Source: a virus
Taxonomy: Duplodnaviria; Caudoviricetes
IMG/VR virus record: IMGVR_UViG_3300026302_000043
Location: 1-37,760 of that record
Length of the DNA stretch: 37,760 nucleotides
Strand: one strand, 5' to 3'
The translations under genes were made by a program, and so were the position numbers. This document shows, piece by piece, positions 24,956 to 34,896 of the stretch. Within the stretch, counting starts at the first letter, position 1. Every line of letters starts with the position of its first letter. Below the pieces are notes generated by a model. It was not told the DNA's origin. It ran no database searches and worked only from the letters and a program-made list of their open reading frames with translations.

Positions 24956-27613
24956 ATGGCAAACCGCAACACGCGACCGATTGGATTTCAGGGACAAGAC
25001 CTCGCAAACAGCGTGCGCATCAACACCCAACTGCCCGCAGTGCAGCGTTCGACTGGTTCGGACTTCGAGGAAGTCGCCAAGGCGAGCGATGTGCTTTCGC
25101 ACCGCATTTCTCGCTTCGCGGATGAGGCCGCCCAGGTTGAAGCGGAGCAGCAGGCCAAGGCGGATGCTGCATCCGGCGCGTTCAAGCCGCGCGGTGACGC
25201 TTCGATCTATTCGCAGCAGTATGACAAGACGGGCGGTGACCTCTATTTCTCGAAGCTGAATGCTCAATTCGAGAGTGAGGCGCAGACCCTCTATCAGCAG
25301 CACAAGGATGACCCTTCCGGCTGGCAATCGAACTACAAACAGCTGGTGGACAAGTACAAGCGGGATGATGTTTACCCGCAATTTCACGCGGCCTTTGACG
25401 CCAAGGCAACACGGCTCGATACCTCCTATCGTGCGGCCGCGCTTGATGCCTTCGAGAAGAAGCAAAAGGACACTCGCCTCGCTTCCTTTGTCTCCGATAT
25501 GCGCACAAGCGAAACCACGCGCGCGCAGATGCTGGCCATTGACCCCAATGCGCCCGATGTTGAAAAAAACATCACCGATATGACGGAAGCGCAGATCCTA
25601 CGCATCAAGTCCCTGCGCGACAACGGCGATATTTCGGCGGTTAAAGCGGAGGAAATGACCGCGCTGGCGCGATCCGAGGCGCGTGTTTCGGTGCTTTCTG
25701 CTCGCGCGGAAAAGCTGCAGACGCCGGAGGATGTTTCCAAGTTCCAAGCCCAGTTGCGCGAGCAATTCGCAGCCGGGAAGGTCAACGGGCTGGATGGTGA
25801 CAGCTGGCAGAAGCTGGACGCGGGCCTAACCAAGCTGGCGAAAACCAAGAAGATCGAGGCTGACCGTGCAGAAAGCGAGTTGCAGGGCAAGTTCGCGGAT
25901 TTTCTGGATCGGCAGTCGAAGGGCTTGCAGCCCTCGGTCACCGAACTGACCGCGCTGGCGGCGCAGGCTGAAAAGCTGGGGCCACGTGGGGCCGTGATGC
26001 TCGATGAGGCGCGCCAGAAACTGCAGATACGCCAGCTTCTCGATAGCGTGAGCATCGAGCGCGGCGCGCAGATGATTGATGAACTCAAGCGAGGCGCGAC
26101 AAACGGCGGCCGCGCCAGCGCGGAGGAAGCGCAGGCGGTTGCGTTTTTCCGTTCGCGTGGGTGGAGCCAGGTCGCTGCGGTCGGCATCGTCGGCAACCTT
26201 GCCAATGAGGGGCTTAAGGATACCGCCTCGCGCAATCCCGGTGACGGCCGCGACGGATCGGACAGCATCGGCATTGCACAATGGAATGCGGATCGCGCGC
26301 GCGCGCTGAAAGCTTTCGCGGCGGAACGCGGCAAGGACTGGACGGACCGCGAAACCCAGCTGGCCTTTGTGGACCACGAGCTGCGCACAACCGAACGCAA
26401 GGCAGGTGAAGCGCTGGCGCGCGCGGGTTCCGTGGAAGATGCTACGCGCGCAGGCATTGGCTACTTCCGCCCGGCAGGGTGGAGCGAGGCTAACCCGGAG
26501 GCGGGAATGCACTATGACGGGCGGCTTGGCCATTCCCGCCGCCTTGCCAGCGCGGGCATTGGCGGAAGCCCGGCCGCCGTGATCGAGGATGCCCAAGGCT
26601 ACCTTGAGAAGCGCCGCAAGGCCATGGATACGGATATGCTGGGTGAGGCCGCCAAATCCGGCACCATTGCGCAGGTGAGCGAACTCGACTGGCAGGGTGC
26701 CGACCTCAAAGGCCAGATCGGCGCGCGCGTTTCGCAGGCTGAGGCTGTTGCTAAGGCAAATGACCGCGCGCCGCAATACCTGCGCCCCGGCGAGAAAGAC
26801 CGGCTGCGCGAGGTGATCCAGCAAGGCGGTGACAAGGCGCTCGCGCTGGTGGATCAGATTGTTGAGGGGTCCGGCAAACGCGCCCCGGCGATCCTCAAGG
26901 AAATCGAACCGGCCGCCCCGCGCCTTGCCATGCTGGGCGTGATGCTCTCGCGCGGGAACGAATACCAGCGGGACGCGGCGCGTGATGCTTTCGAGGCGCT
27001 GCGGCTGGAACAGCAGCCGGGGGCAAAGATTGTCGGCAACCCGAAATCATCTGCCGATATCGAACGCGAAGAATTCGGATCATCCTTCGGCCCGGCCATT
27101 GCGGATAAGCAACGCGCCGTGGATGCCGCACGCTTGATCTACCGCGGCAAGATGGCGCGGCACGGCTATGACCCGGACAGCCGCGAAGCCGAAACGCTTT
27201 ACCGCGAAAGCCTGCAGGCCGCCATGGGCCGGAGCGGCAAGGATGCCAGCTCGGCAACCGGCGGCGTTGCCGACTACACGCCGCCGGGCTTCAACTGGGG
27301 CGCGGCCAAGGTTGCGGTCCCGGATCGCGTGATTGCGAAGCGCCTGCCTGATGTGTTCGCCTCGATCACGGATCAGGATTTGAAGGACTACCCAGGCGGC
27401 GCGCCCAAGGATGCGAGCGGGCAGGATTACGGCGCGCGCATTTTCCGCAAGAGCTACCCGGTGCAGGTGCCGGGGGGCTATGCCTTTCAGGTGAACCCGC
27501 CCGGATCGGAAGACCCGCAATTCGTGCGGGGCGCGAACGGCCGCCCCTTCGTGCTCGATTGGGAATGGTTCGCGCCGCGCGCTCGCTCCCGCGTTCCTCA
27601 AGCCTTCCGGTGA
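24956..27613 (+). CDS. Internal virion protein with phage tail lysozyme (Phage_lysozyme2-like) domain
   Basis: AVGIVGNLANEG...SIGIAQWNADRARAL...TQLAFVDHEL...YFRP at about 26120-26480. Confidence 0.82.
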   Translation: MANRNTRPIGFQGQDLANSVRINTQLPAVQRSTGSDFEEVAKASDVLSHRISRFADEAAQVEAEQQAKADAASGAFKPRGDASIYSQQYDKTGGDLYFSKLNAQFESEAQTLYQQHKDDPSGWQSNYKQLVDKYKRDDVYPQFHAAFDAKATRLDTSYRAAALDAFEKKQKDTRLASFVSDMRTSETTRAQMLAIDPNAPDVEKNITDMTEAQILRIKSLRDNGDISAVKAEEMTALARSEARVSVLSARAEKLQTPEDVSKFQAQLREQFAAGKVNGLDGDSWQKLDAGLTKLAKTKKIEADRAESELQGKFADFLDRQSKGLQPSVTELTALAAQAEKLGPRGAVMLDEARQKLQIRQLLDSVSIERGAQMIDELKRGATNGGRASAEEAQAVAFFRSRGWSQVAAVGIVGNLANEGLKDTASRNPGDGRDGSDSIGIAQWNADRARALKAFAAERGKDWTDRETQLAFVDHELRTTERKAGEALARAGSVEDATRAGIGYFRPAGWSEANPEAGMHYDGRLGHSRRLASAGIGGSPAAVIEDAQGYLEKRRKAMDTDMLGEAAKSGTIAQVSELDWQGADLKGQIGARVSQAEAVAKANDRAPQYLRPGEKDRLREVIQQGGDKALALVDQIVEGSGKRAPAILKEIEPAAPRLAMLGVMLSRGNEYQRDAARDAFEALRLEQQPGAKIVGNPKSSADIEREEFGSSFGPAIADKQRAVDAARLIYRGKMARHGYDPDSREAETLYRESLQAAMGRSGKDASSATGGVADYTPPGFNWGAAKVAVPDRVIAKRLPDVFASITDQDLKDYPGGAPKDASGQDYGARIFRKSYPVQVPGGYAFQVNPPGSEDPQFVRGANGRPFVLDWEWFAPRARSRVPQAFR

Positions 27614-27616
27614 TCC

Positions 27617-30202
27617 ATGGCCAATGTCTTCGAGGGTGACCCCTTCACGCGCGAAACGAGCTTCGCCAATGCCGATGCTGGTGCAACCTTCGGGGACCGC
27701 CTGACCTCGCTGGCGCGCACGCTCAATTCCGGCCCTTCTGAGCGCGTTTATGCGGATGGTGGCATGCCGACCTTCGATAACCCGCTGGGCGCGCCGGAGG
27801 CGGCTTCCCCGGCGCGGGATGCATGGGGGACGCTGGTATCATCGGCCTATAATCAGGCGCGTCTTGCCAACAGCTGGTCGAGCCGGGTGGAAAGCCTTTC
27901 GGATGCCGCCGACAAGCGCATTTCGATCATCCGTGATGAAACCGGGATGCAGCTCGAAAACCCGTTCCGGCAGGGTTACCACATGGAGGCCCGCAAGCGC
28001 CTTGAGGATCGCCGCCGCACCGGGGATATCAGCAGCTTCGGCCTGACCGATGTTGTCGCGGAGCAGCGCGCGATCTTCAATGAGCAGGTGAACCTTGCGG
28101 CAGAACGCTTTCCCGACAAGGCGGGCAAGTTCTGGTTTTACCAGAGCATGGAGGAACAGGGTAGAGCGATTGCCGCCAATGCCGATGCTGCTGCCGAACA
28201 GGCCAGCGCGGCCGTAAGCAACCCCTTTGCCCGCTTTGCCGGTGAAATCATCGGCGGTATCGGCGCGATGGTGCATGATCCGGTGCAGGTGGTGGGCATG
28301 TTTGCCGGCGCCGGGCCTTCTGCTGCGCGCTCGATGGCCGCCCGCATCGGGCAGACGGCCGCGCGCGAAGCCCTGATCAATGCCGGGCTGCAGGCGCTGG
28401 AAGAACCGGCGGTGCAACAATGGCGTGCGGAGATCGGCCTGAAATCCGGGTTGGTGCCTGCCCTTGAAAATATCGGCATGGCGGGTCTGTTGGGCGGCGC
28501 GCTGGGCGGTGGCATTGCCGGGGTGCGCGAGCTGCTGAACCCGCTGCGCAAGGTGAACCTTTCACCAGAGGATACCCAAGCGATCCTCCGTGTGCTCGAT
28601 GGAAGCGCCAGCCCTTCGGAAACCCTGCGCGCCATTGACGCTGCAAAAATCGAGATTTCGCCGGAGCTGCGCGAAACGATTGAGGTTGCGCACCGCGCAG
28701 AGCTGGCAGACCGTGAAGCGCTTCCCCGCGCCCCTGATGGTATTGATGCTGATGCCCATAGCGGCGCGCTGGCGCAGGCGGTGCGCGCAGCGGATGATGC
28801 CAACGTGCCGCCGCCGTCCTCGCCGCTGTCCCCGCTCGGCCGCGTAGGCGAGGCTGCGCCCGACCTTACGGCGCACCCCGAAGCGGCGGCCATGCTGCGC
28901 GCGATTGAGGATGGTTCTGCCTCGACGCTGGATGCCGCGCGCCTGTTGCGCGAGTTCCCAGCGCTGGACAACGGAAGACTGCCGATCCACGGCGAGGAAG
29001 CCCAGACCCTGCGCGGGCTGGCGGCGCTTTCTGCCGACGCGTGGACAGCGGTTTCAGAGGGCCGCGTATCGGCAGGTATCGCGGCAATGATCGGCCGTAT
29101 TGCCCCGGACAGGCCGGAGCTGCACGCCGGTCTTGTCTCTGATCTGGTGAAAGCTGCCCCGCAAAATACGCTTGAGGCGGCTCATGTGGTCTATCAAGTG
29201 CTTGCGTCAACGCAGGAAACGAACCGCCTGATGGCGGGCGCGAACTTCGATCTGTGGTCGCAATGGGCATCCCTGCGATCCGAGGCTGAGCGCCTGCGCG
29301 TGGACATGCGCAATGAGGCGAAGCTGGCGGCAGATGCGGCCCGCATGGGTGGGGCGGCTGAAATTGAAGGCCAGATTTCGGCGTTGCAGAAGACGCTGGA
29401 AAGCGCCAAAGGCAAAAAGGCCGACAAACTGCGTGAGCGCATCGCAAACCTCGAAAGCGATCTGGCGGCCGTGCAGAGGGATGCGCCGGGCGGTGCAACC
29501 ACGGCGGCCGGGCGGAGAGAAGAAATGCGCGCGCGCCTCGTTGAAATCGACAACGCCTTGCGTGACATGGTGGAACCCATGGCGCAGCTGCGCCAAGAGG
29601 CCGAAGCCGCGCGTATTTCGGCCCTGCGCGAGAGCTTCAAGGATCTGGGTGAGCCGGGAACGCCGCAAGCGGATTACGCCGCGCCCAAGGCGGAGGCCGT
29701 TAGGCGCGATACGGCGGAAAATACTGGAAGTAAGGTTGAGCCTCCTGTCCCAGACGGAATGGTTAGGGTCTATCACTCGGGCGCGGCTGGTGAAGGTGAA
29801 ACCGGACGGTGGGTGTCAACAAACCGAAAATATGCTTCTGATTATCGGTCTCATTTGCCTCTTTTCTATTTGGATATTCCAGAAACAGATCGACGAATTC
29901 AAGGAGCTTGGCCTGATCAAGGGGTTAAACAGGGGTTCACATTCAATTTTCAAACGACACCAGAAGAGGCGGTGCGTCTTCGGGAAATTGACAGGGTCCA
30001 ACCCAGCCCCGTTGCTTCTGCGGACAAAGCGTCAGCGCCGGAGCTAAAGCCCGCCCCCGACCTTACCACGCCGCCTGATGCCGGGCTGTTCGACCTTTTC
30101 GCGGCTGCACGCGCCGATCTTGCCAAGGCAATTGATGAAGACATGGCGCGGGGGGCGCGCCTCGATTTTGCCGCCGATGTTGCCGCCGCCTGTAAATTCT
30201 GA
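27617..30202 (+). CDS. Internal virion/ejection protein, mosaic
   Basis: 861 aa in the ejection cluster; Gly-rich hydrophobic helices, coiled coil, AT-richer C-terminal insert, ends AACKF. Confidence 0.75.
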   Translation: MANVFEGDPFTRETSFANADAGATFGDRLTSLARTLNSGPSERVYADGGMPTFDNPLGAPEAASPARDAWGTLVSSAYNQARLANSWSSRVESLSDAADKRISIIRDETGMQLENPFRQGYHMEARKRLEDRRRTGDISSFGLTDVVAEQRAIFNEQVNLAAERFPDKAGKFWFYQSMEEQGRAIAANADAAAEQASAAVSNPFARFAGEIIGGIGAMVHDPVQVVGMFAGAGPSAARSMAARIGQTAAREALINAGLQALEEPAVQQWRAEIGLKSGLVPALENIGMAGLLGGALGGGIAGVRELLNPLRKVNLSPEDTQAILRVLDGSASPSETLRAIDAAKIEISPELRETIEVAHRAELADREALPRAPDGIDADAHSGALAQAVRAADDANVPPPSSPLSPLGRVGEAAPDLTAHPEAAAMLRAIEDGSASTLDAARLLREFPALDNGRLPIHGEEAQTLRGLAALSADAWTAVSEGRVSAGIAAMIGRIAPDRPELHAGLVSDLVKAAPQNTLEAAHVVYQVLASTQETNRLMAGANFDLWSQWASLRSEAERLRVDMRNEAKLAADAARMGGAAEIEGQISALQKTLESAKGKKADKLRERIANLESDLAAVQRDAPGGATTAAGRREEMRARLVEIDNALRDMVEPMAQLRQEAEAARISALRESFKDLGEPGTPQADYAAPKAEAVRRDTAENTGSKVEPPVPDGMVRVYHSGAAGEGETGRWVSTNRKYASDYRSHLPLFYLDIPETDRRIQGAWPDQGVKQGFTFNFQTTPEEAVRLREIDRVQPSPVASADKASAPELKPAPDLTTPPDAGLFDLFAAARADLAKAIDEDMARGARLDFAADVAAACKF

Positions 30203-30210
30203 GGCCCAAA

Positions 30211-32679
30211 ATGAGCTTTGCCGATTGCCTGAAATCCGCCGTTGACCAGAAGGCGATCAGCCAGAAAGAGGCCGATGACCTGTTGAAGCGCTTTGAGGAA
30301 TTGCGCGCGCACCATGGCGCGGGCAAGGCTGATGGGGCGGCCCGCGCGGCCGCCAAGGATCAGCTTGAAGCGGAGTTGAAAGCGGAGGCGGTAGAAGCGC
30401 GCCGCCGCGCAACCTTGACGCAGGCGGCCAAGGAGCGGGTGGATGGTGCGCTGGAAAGCTACCGCAACGCCAAGGGCAATGCGGACCCGCTGCAGGCGGC
30501 CTTGCGCCTCATAGAGAACTTCGGCTTTACCGGCTATTCCTCGGTGGAGGGGAGAACCAAGTCTATCGTCGGCATGGTTCATGCACAGCTTGAGCAAGCG
30601 CTCGCGGCCTTCGATCGCTCGGCGCTGGCGGGAACCCGGCTCAACAAGCCCGCGCTCGTGGATATGGTGCGCGAAATGGCCGGGAAAGATACCGGCAACC
30701 TAATGGCCAAGGAATTTGCGGCCCAGATGCGCGATATTTTCGAGGTTCTGCGCCAGCGCTTCAACGCAGCGGGTGGACAGATCGGCAAGTTGGAGGGGTT
30801 CTTCCTGCCGCAATACCATGATCCTTCTGCCCTGCTGTCCGGGGGCAAGGACAAGTGGAAGGAATTCACGCGGCCGTTGCTCGATGCGGCGCGCATGCTG
30901 GACCCGCTGACCGGGCGATCCATGACGCCTGCCCAGCTGGATCAGCTGCTGGACAAGAGCTGGCAGCGCATTGTCACTGATGGCTGGATTGACCGCGACC
31001 CGACAATGGCGGCGCAGGGGCGTGGTGCGCTGGCTGGGCAGCGCGCGGAGCACCGCGTGTTGCACTTCAAGGATGCGGATGCATGGATGCGCTATGCCGA
31101 AGCCTTCGGCAACCCTGATCCCTTCGCGGCCATGATGAACCACATTCGCGGCATGGCGAAGGATATCGCGGCGCTGGAAATCCTCGGCCCGAACCCCTCG
31201 GCCATGGTGGAGTACCTCAAGCAGAGTGTTAAGGCATCTCATGCCCAGGGTGTTGTTTCCGGCATCGTGAAGGATGGGGCGGGCGATTATCTGATTGATG
31301 CCCTGTGGAAAGAAATCCGGGGGACCGGCATCGGCTCTCCGGGGTGGGCCGGTGCCATGGCCACGGTGCGTTCGCTGTTGACTTCGGCGCAGCTCGGGAC
31401 TGCAATCCTGACCGCAATCCCGACTGACCCGATGATGGCCAACATGGCGCGCCGCCTTTCCGGCCTGCCAACGAAATTCATCGTCAAGGATATTGTGGAT
31501 ACCTTCATCGGCGCTTCGCGCGGTGAGGCGGTGCGGGCGGGGCTTATCCTCGATACCGCCATGCATGTCATGCATGAAGAAGCGCACTATGCGGGCAGCA
31601 TGGCGAGCGGCCGGACATGGGCAAACTGGCTCGCGGATCGCACCCTGACATGGAGCGGGCTTTCGCCGTGGACACAGGCACGGCGGCATCTTTTCGGGCT
31701 TGAGTTCATGGGGGTTGTTGCTGACAACCTCGGCAAAGATTTTGGGGCGCTGGACGCGCGCCTGCGTCGAACGATGGAAGGGTATGGCCTTAGCGCTGCC
31801 GATTGGGCGGTGATGGGCAAGGCTGAAAAGCACATCATGGGGGATGGCGCGAGCGGCATCCTGCGGCCGAACGAAATTGCCAAGCTTGATAACGCGGTGG
31901 CGGAACGCTACCTCGAAATGATTGTGCAGCAGACAGAGCGCGCGGTTCCGGCCGGAACCAAACTCGGCCGCGCGATCTTCAACGGCGGAACCTCGGCCGG
32001 GACGGTGACCGGCGAGATGAGCCGTGCTTTCCTGCAATACAAGGGCTTCGGCCTTTCCGTGGCCATGCTGCAGAATGAAGCGATTGCGCATGAAATCGCC
32101 ATGGGCGGGAAGATGGGCGGCGCGCGCTATGCCGGGGCGCTGGCCTTGAGCCTGACGCTGGGCGGCGCGGCCGCGATCCAGCTGAAAGCTCTTAGCATGG
32201 GCAAAGACCCCCAGCCGATGGATGACTGGCGGTTCTGGGGCGCGGCAGCAAAGACGGGCGGCGGCTTCGGCCTGCTGGGGGATTTCCTGTTTGCGGAGCA
32301 TGGACGCTACGGCCATTCCTTCATCACCGACTTCCTCGGCCCTACGGCCGGGCTGCTGGATGATGTTTCCAACCTTGCGCTGGGCAACCTGCGCAAGGGG
32401 GGCGAAGGCGAAGCTGATCCGGGTGCCGATGCGGTAAAAATGGGCCGCCGCTACGCCCCGCCGGTGTCCTCGCTGTGGTATCTGCGCGGCGCGTGGAACC
32501 GGGTTGTCATGGATCAGCTCGCCTATCTGGTTGACCCGGAGGCGCACCGCAAGTTCCGCAATCAGGAAAAGAAGCTCAAGAAAGAGTTCGACCAAGGATA
32601 TTACTGGCCGCCCGGATCGGTTCTCCCGAACCGTGCGCCTGACCCGAAGGGGTTGGCGCAATGGCCTTTCATGGAATAA
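30211..32679 (+). CDS. Large internal virion/ejection protein
   Basis: RFNAAGGQIG, LPQYHD, RVLHFKDADAW and GGGFGLLGDFL motifs typical of podovirus ejection proteins. Confidence 0.82.
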   Translation: MSFADCLKSAVDQKAISQKEADDLLKRFEELRAHHGAGKADGAARAAAKDQLEAELKAEAVEARRRATLTQAAKERVDGALESYRNAKGNADPLQAALRLIENFGFTGYSSVEGRTKSIVGMVHAQLEQALAAFDRSALAGTRLNKPALVDMVREMAGKDTGNLMAKEFAAQMRDIFEVLRQRFNAAGGQIGKLEGFFLPQYHDPSALLSGGKDKWKEFTRPLLDAARMLDPLTGRSMTPAQLDQLLDKSWQRIVTDGWIDRDPTMAAQGRGALAGQRAEHRVLHFKDADAWMRYAEAFGNPDPFAAMMNHIRGMAKDIAALEILGPNPSAMVEYLKQSVKASHAQGVVSGIVKDGAGDYLIDALWKEIRGTGIGSPGWAGAMATVRSLLTSAQLGTAILTAIPTDPMMANMARRLSGLPTKFIVKDIVDTFIGASRGEAVRAGLILDTAMHVMHEEAHYAGSMASGRTWANWLADRTLTWSGLSPWTQARRHLFGLEFMGVVADNLGKDFGALDARLRRTMEGYGLSAADWAVMGKAEKHIMGDGASGILRPNEIAKLDNAVAERYLEMIVQQTERAVPAGTKLGRAIFNGGTSAGTVTGEMSRAFLQYKGFGLSVAMLQNEAIAHEIAMGGKMGGARYAGALALSLTLGGAAAIQLKALSMGKDPQPMDDWRFWGAAAKTGGGFGLLGDFLFAEHGRYGHSFITDFLGPTAGLLDDVSNLALGNLRKGGEGEADPGADAVKMGRRYAPPVSSLWYLRGAWNRVVMDQLAYLVDPEAHRKFRNQEKKLKKEFDQGYYWPPGSVLPNRAPDPKGLAQWPFME

Positions 32680-32713
32680 GGCGCGGGTAACGACCGCGCG
32701 CGCCCGCGATCAT
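32680..32713 (+). promoter_or_regulatory. Candidate late promoter GGCGCGGGTAACG-N15-GATCAT
   Basis: Intergenic, directly upstream of the tailspike RBS. Confidence 0.65.
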
Positions 32714-32736
32714 GCCAGCCTATCGGAGGTTGGCAC

Positions 32737-34896
32737 ATGAGCACGGCGCACCCTTTTCCGCGCGATACCCGCGAGCGGTTTGCAACCGTTGCCGTGGGCC
32801 AAACTGTATTCGGACCTTTTGATTTCCTGATTTTTGACGTGGAAGATGTATCCATCTCCCAGCGTCCAGATGATAATTCAGCTTGGTCTGATGTTTCTGG
32901 CGCAACCGTAAGCCTGACGGGCGCTGCCCCTGCTTATTTTACCGTGGAAAAAACCGGGTTGGCGGCTGGCGTTCAACTGCGCATCAAAGGGGCCAGAACT
33001 CACGAACGGCGAACGGACGTTGTTCGCGCTGGGGTTGTGAATTCAAAAGCCATGGAAACACAGTTCGACATGATCACAGTGATCATGCAAGAGCTGCGAC
33101 GGGATGGCGGTGAGGCTGTTTCAGCTTCTCAAACTGCACTTGAGCTTGCAATTGCGGTTCAAGCCATGGCCAACGCCTTTCTTGCAGCAGAAATACCGCC
33201 GGGCGGCATCACATCATCCTTGATGGCACCGGGGGCAGCTGCTGCAAACTTGGGCTATACTCCTGCGGCCTTCGCCGCCTCACGCGCTGCGGCTGCAGCA
33301 TCCTCGATCCCGGCTGCTATTACAGCCCTGCATGTCTATGGCCGCGAGGTTGCGGGCGATGGTGGCGCTGGTATTTACCTGCGGCAATCTTCGCAGCCGT
33401 CTCATGCAGCGAAGTTCCAAAGCCAAGACGGCGGGTGGTGGGCGCTCTCGACGCGAGAAGTAACCGCGCAGCAAGTTGGCGTTATTGGCGCTTTTTCTGA
33501 CAATGCGACACTGGCGGCAGCCGATGCTGCTGCTGTGGAGCTGGGCGGCGAGCTGGTGATTGACCGCGCGCATAACGTTGCGGCGGATATCACCTTTGCT
33601 TCTCATGTGAGGTTCCGGCCCGGCGGCCGCCTTGTCCCTGCTGCCGGGGTGAAGATCGACTTTGGCGACGGCTTTTCCGCGCCGGTTCATTATCGCATCT
33701 TCGATTTTTCGGCGGCTGGTTCGGGCCTCAAGAATTACGCCAAGAGCCGCCAGCTTTCGCGAGAGCTTTACCCCCAACAGTTTGGCGGTCCCGACCTCGG
33801 CAATGACAGTGATCTGGTGGATGCGGCCTTTGCGCAGTGGATTGCAGCATGCAAGGCCGCGCGCCTGCCGGGTTTTATCCCCGCCGGTATGTACCGGTTT
33901 GCTGATCGCTTTGGCATCGACATGGGCGATTGCGCTTACGACGGTTTGACCATTGCTGGCGCTGGACGGCAGACCGCTATCCTGAATTTTGTTCCGGCGG
34001 TCCTTACTGGATCAGAGGCCGCATTCTATATCCAGAACACCACCGTCATCACTGACGTTCCGGCCGGGAAATATGATTTCTACTACCCCGATCTCTCGGA
34101 TTTCGGGGTGCGTGGCGTTGTCTCCGGCGGGCCTGTGTTCCGGCTGGGGCGCAATGATGGTCTGGACCCTGTGAATGAGCCGGTTATCCGAGATATCCAA
34201 ATCCAGCAGTTTGCGACGGACAGCGGGGCTATCGGCACCGTTCTGAACTATGTGCTGGGGCTGGATGGCAATTTCCAGTCGAGCTGTGCGCAGGTGGCGG
34301 GCAATGGCTTTGGCCTGCGGTGCCGCAACCTGCACTTCTCACGCATCAAGGGCAGCTTCGGCACTGGCGCAGTTGGCGTGCATCTGACGGACGGCGCGAA
34401 CCAGAACAACGAATTCTTCGCGGATATGGAAAACGTCAGCACGTGCGTGCAGGTGGACGGGCCAAACTGTGTCAATAATTTGTTCAACGCTGGTACGTGG
34501 AACTATTACGCTAACGGATATTTTGACGCTGCTGGCTCGGGAAATCAGGTCAATTTCCCCGGCGCAAATCCGTCAGCACCGGCAACGCTCGCCAGCTTTC
34601 TGACCGGCAACGGCACCGGCGTGACGATCCGCCACGCAACCCCGCGACTGTTTCCCATCACAACGCCGGGCTGGCCGGGCTTCGGCAACAACTTCACCAA
34701 TAATACAGCCCAGCCGATCACGGTTGAACTGTGGTGGTCGAGCGGCGCAACCACGGTTTCAAGCTTCCTGCGCAACAGCGAGCCCGCGCGCGGCATCGCC
34801 AATGCGCTGCAATATCTCACCTTCACCCTTAACCCCGGCGATATCGGACGTGTCAATGGCTCCGGCACCGCGCCCACTTGGTATTGGAGCAATTGA
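32737..34896 (+). CDS. Tail fibre/tailspike: gp17-like N-terminal anchor plus pectate-lyase-like beta-helix
   Basis: GQTVFGPFDFLIFD...FDMITVIMQELRR; GDGGAGIY; FIPAGMY...TIAGAG; Asn/Gly-rich beta repeats. Confidence 0.85.
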   Translation: MSTAHPFPRDTRERFATVAVGQTVFGPFDFLIFDVEDVSISQRPDDNSAWSDVSGATVSLTGAAPAYFTVEKTGLAAGVQLRIKGARTHERRTDVVRAGVVNSKAMETQFDMITVIMQELRRDGGEAVSASQTALELAIAVQAMANAFLAAEIPPGGITSSLMAPGAAAANLGYTPAAFAASRAAAAASSIPAAITALHVYGREVAGDGGAGIYLRQSSQPSHAAKFQSQDGGWWALSTREVTAQQVGVIGAFSDNATLAAADAAAVELGGELVIDRAHNVAADITFASHVRFRPGGRLVPAAGVKIDFGDGFSAPVHYRIFDFSAAGSGLKNYAKSRQLSRELYPQQFGGPDLGNDSDLVDAAFAQWIAACKAARLPGFIPAGMYRFADRFGIDMGDCAYDGLTIAGAGRQTAILNFVPAVLTGSEAAFYIQNTTVITDVPAGKYDFYYPDLSDFGVRGVVSGGPVFRLGRNDGLDPVNEPVIRDIQIQQFATDSGAIGTVLNYVLGLDGNFQSSCAQVAGNGFGLRCRNLHFSRIKGSFGTGAVGVHLTDGANQNNEFFADMENVSTCVQVDGPNCVNNLFNAGTWNYYANGYFDAAGSGNQVNFPGANPSAPATLASFLTGNGTGVTIRHATPRLFPITTPGWPGFGNNFTNNTAQPITVELWWSSGATTVSSFLRNSEPARGIANALQYLTFTLNPGDIGRVNGSGTAPTWYWSN

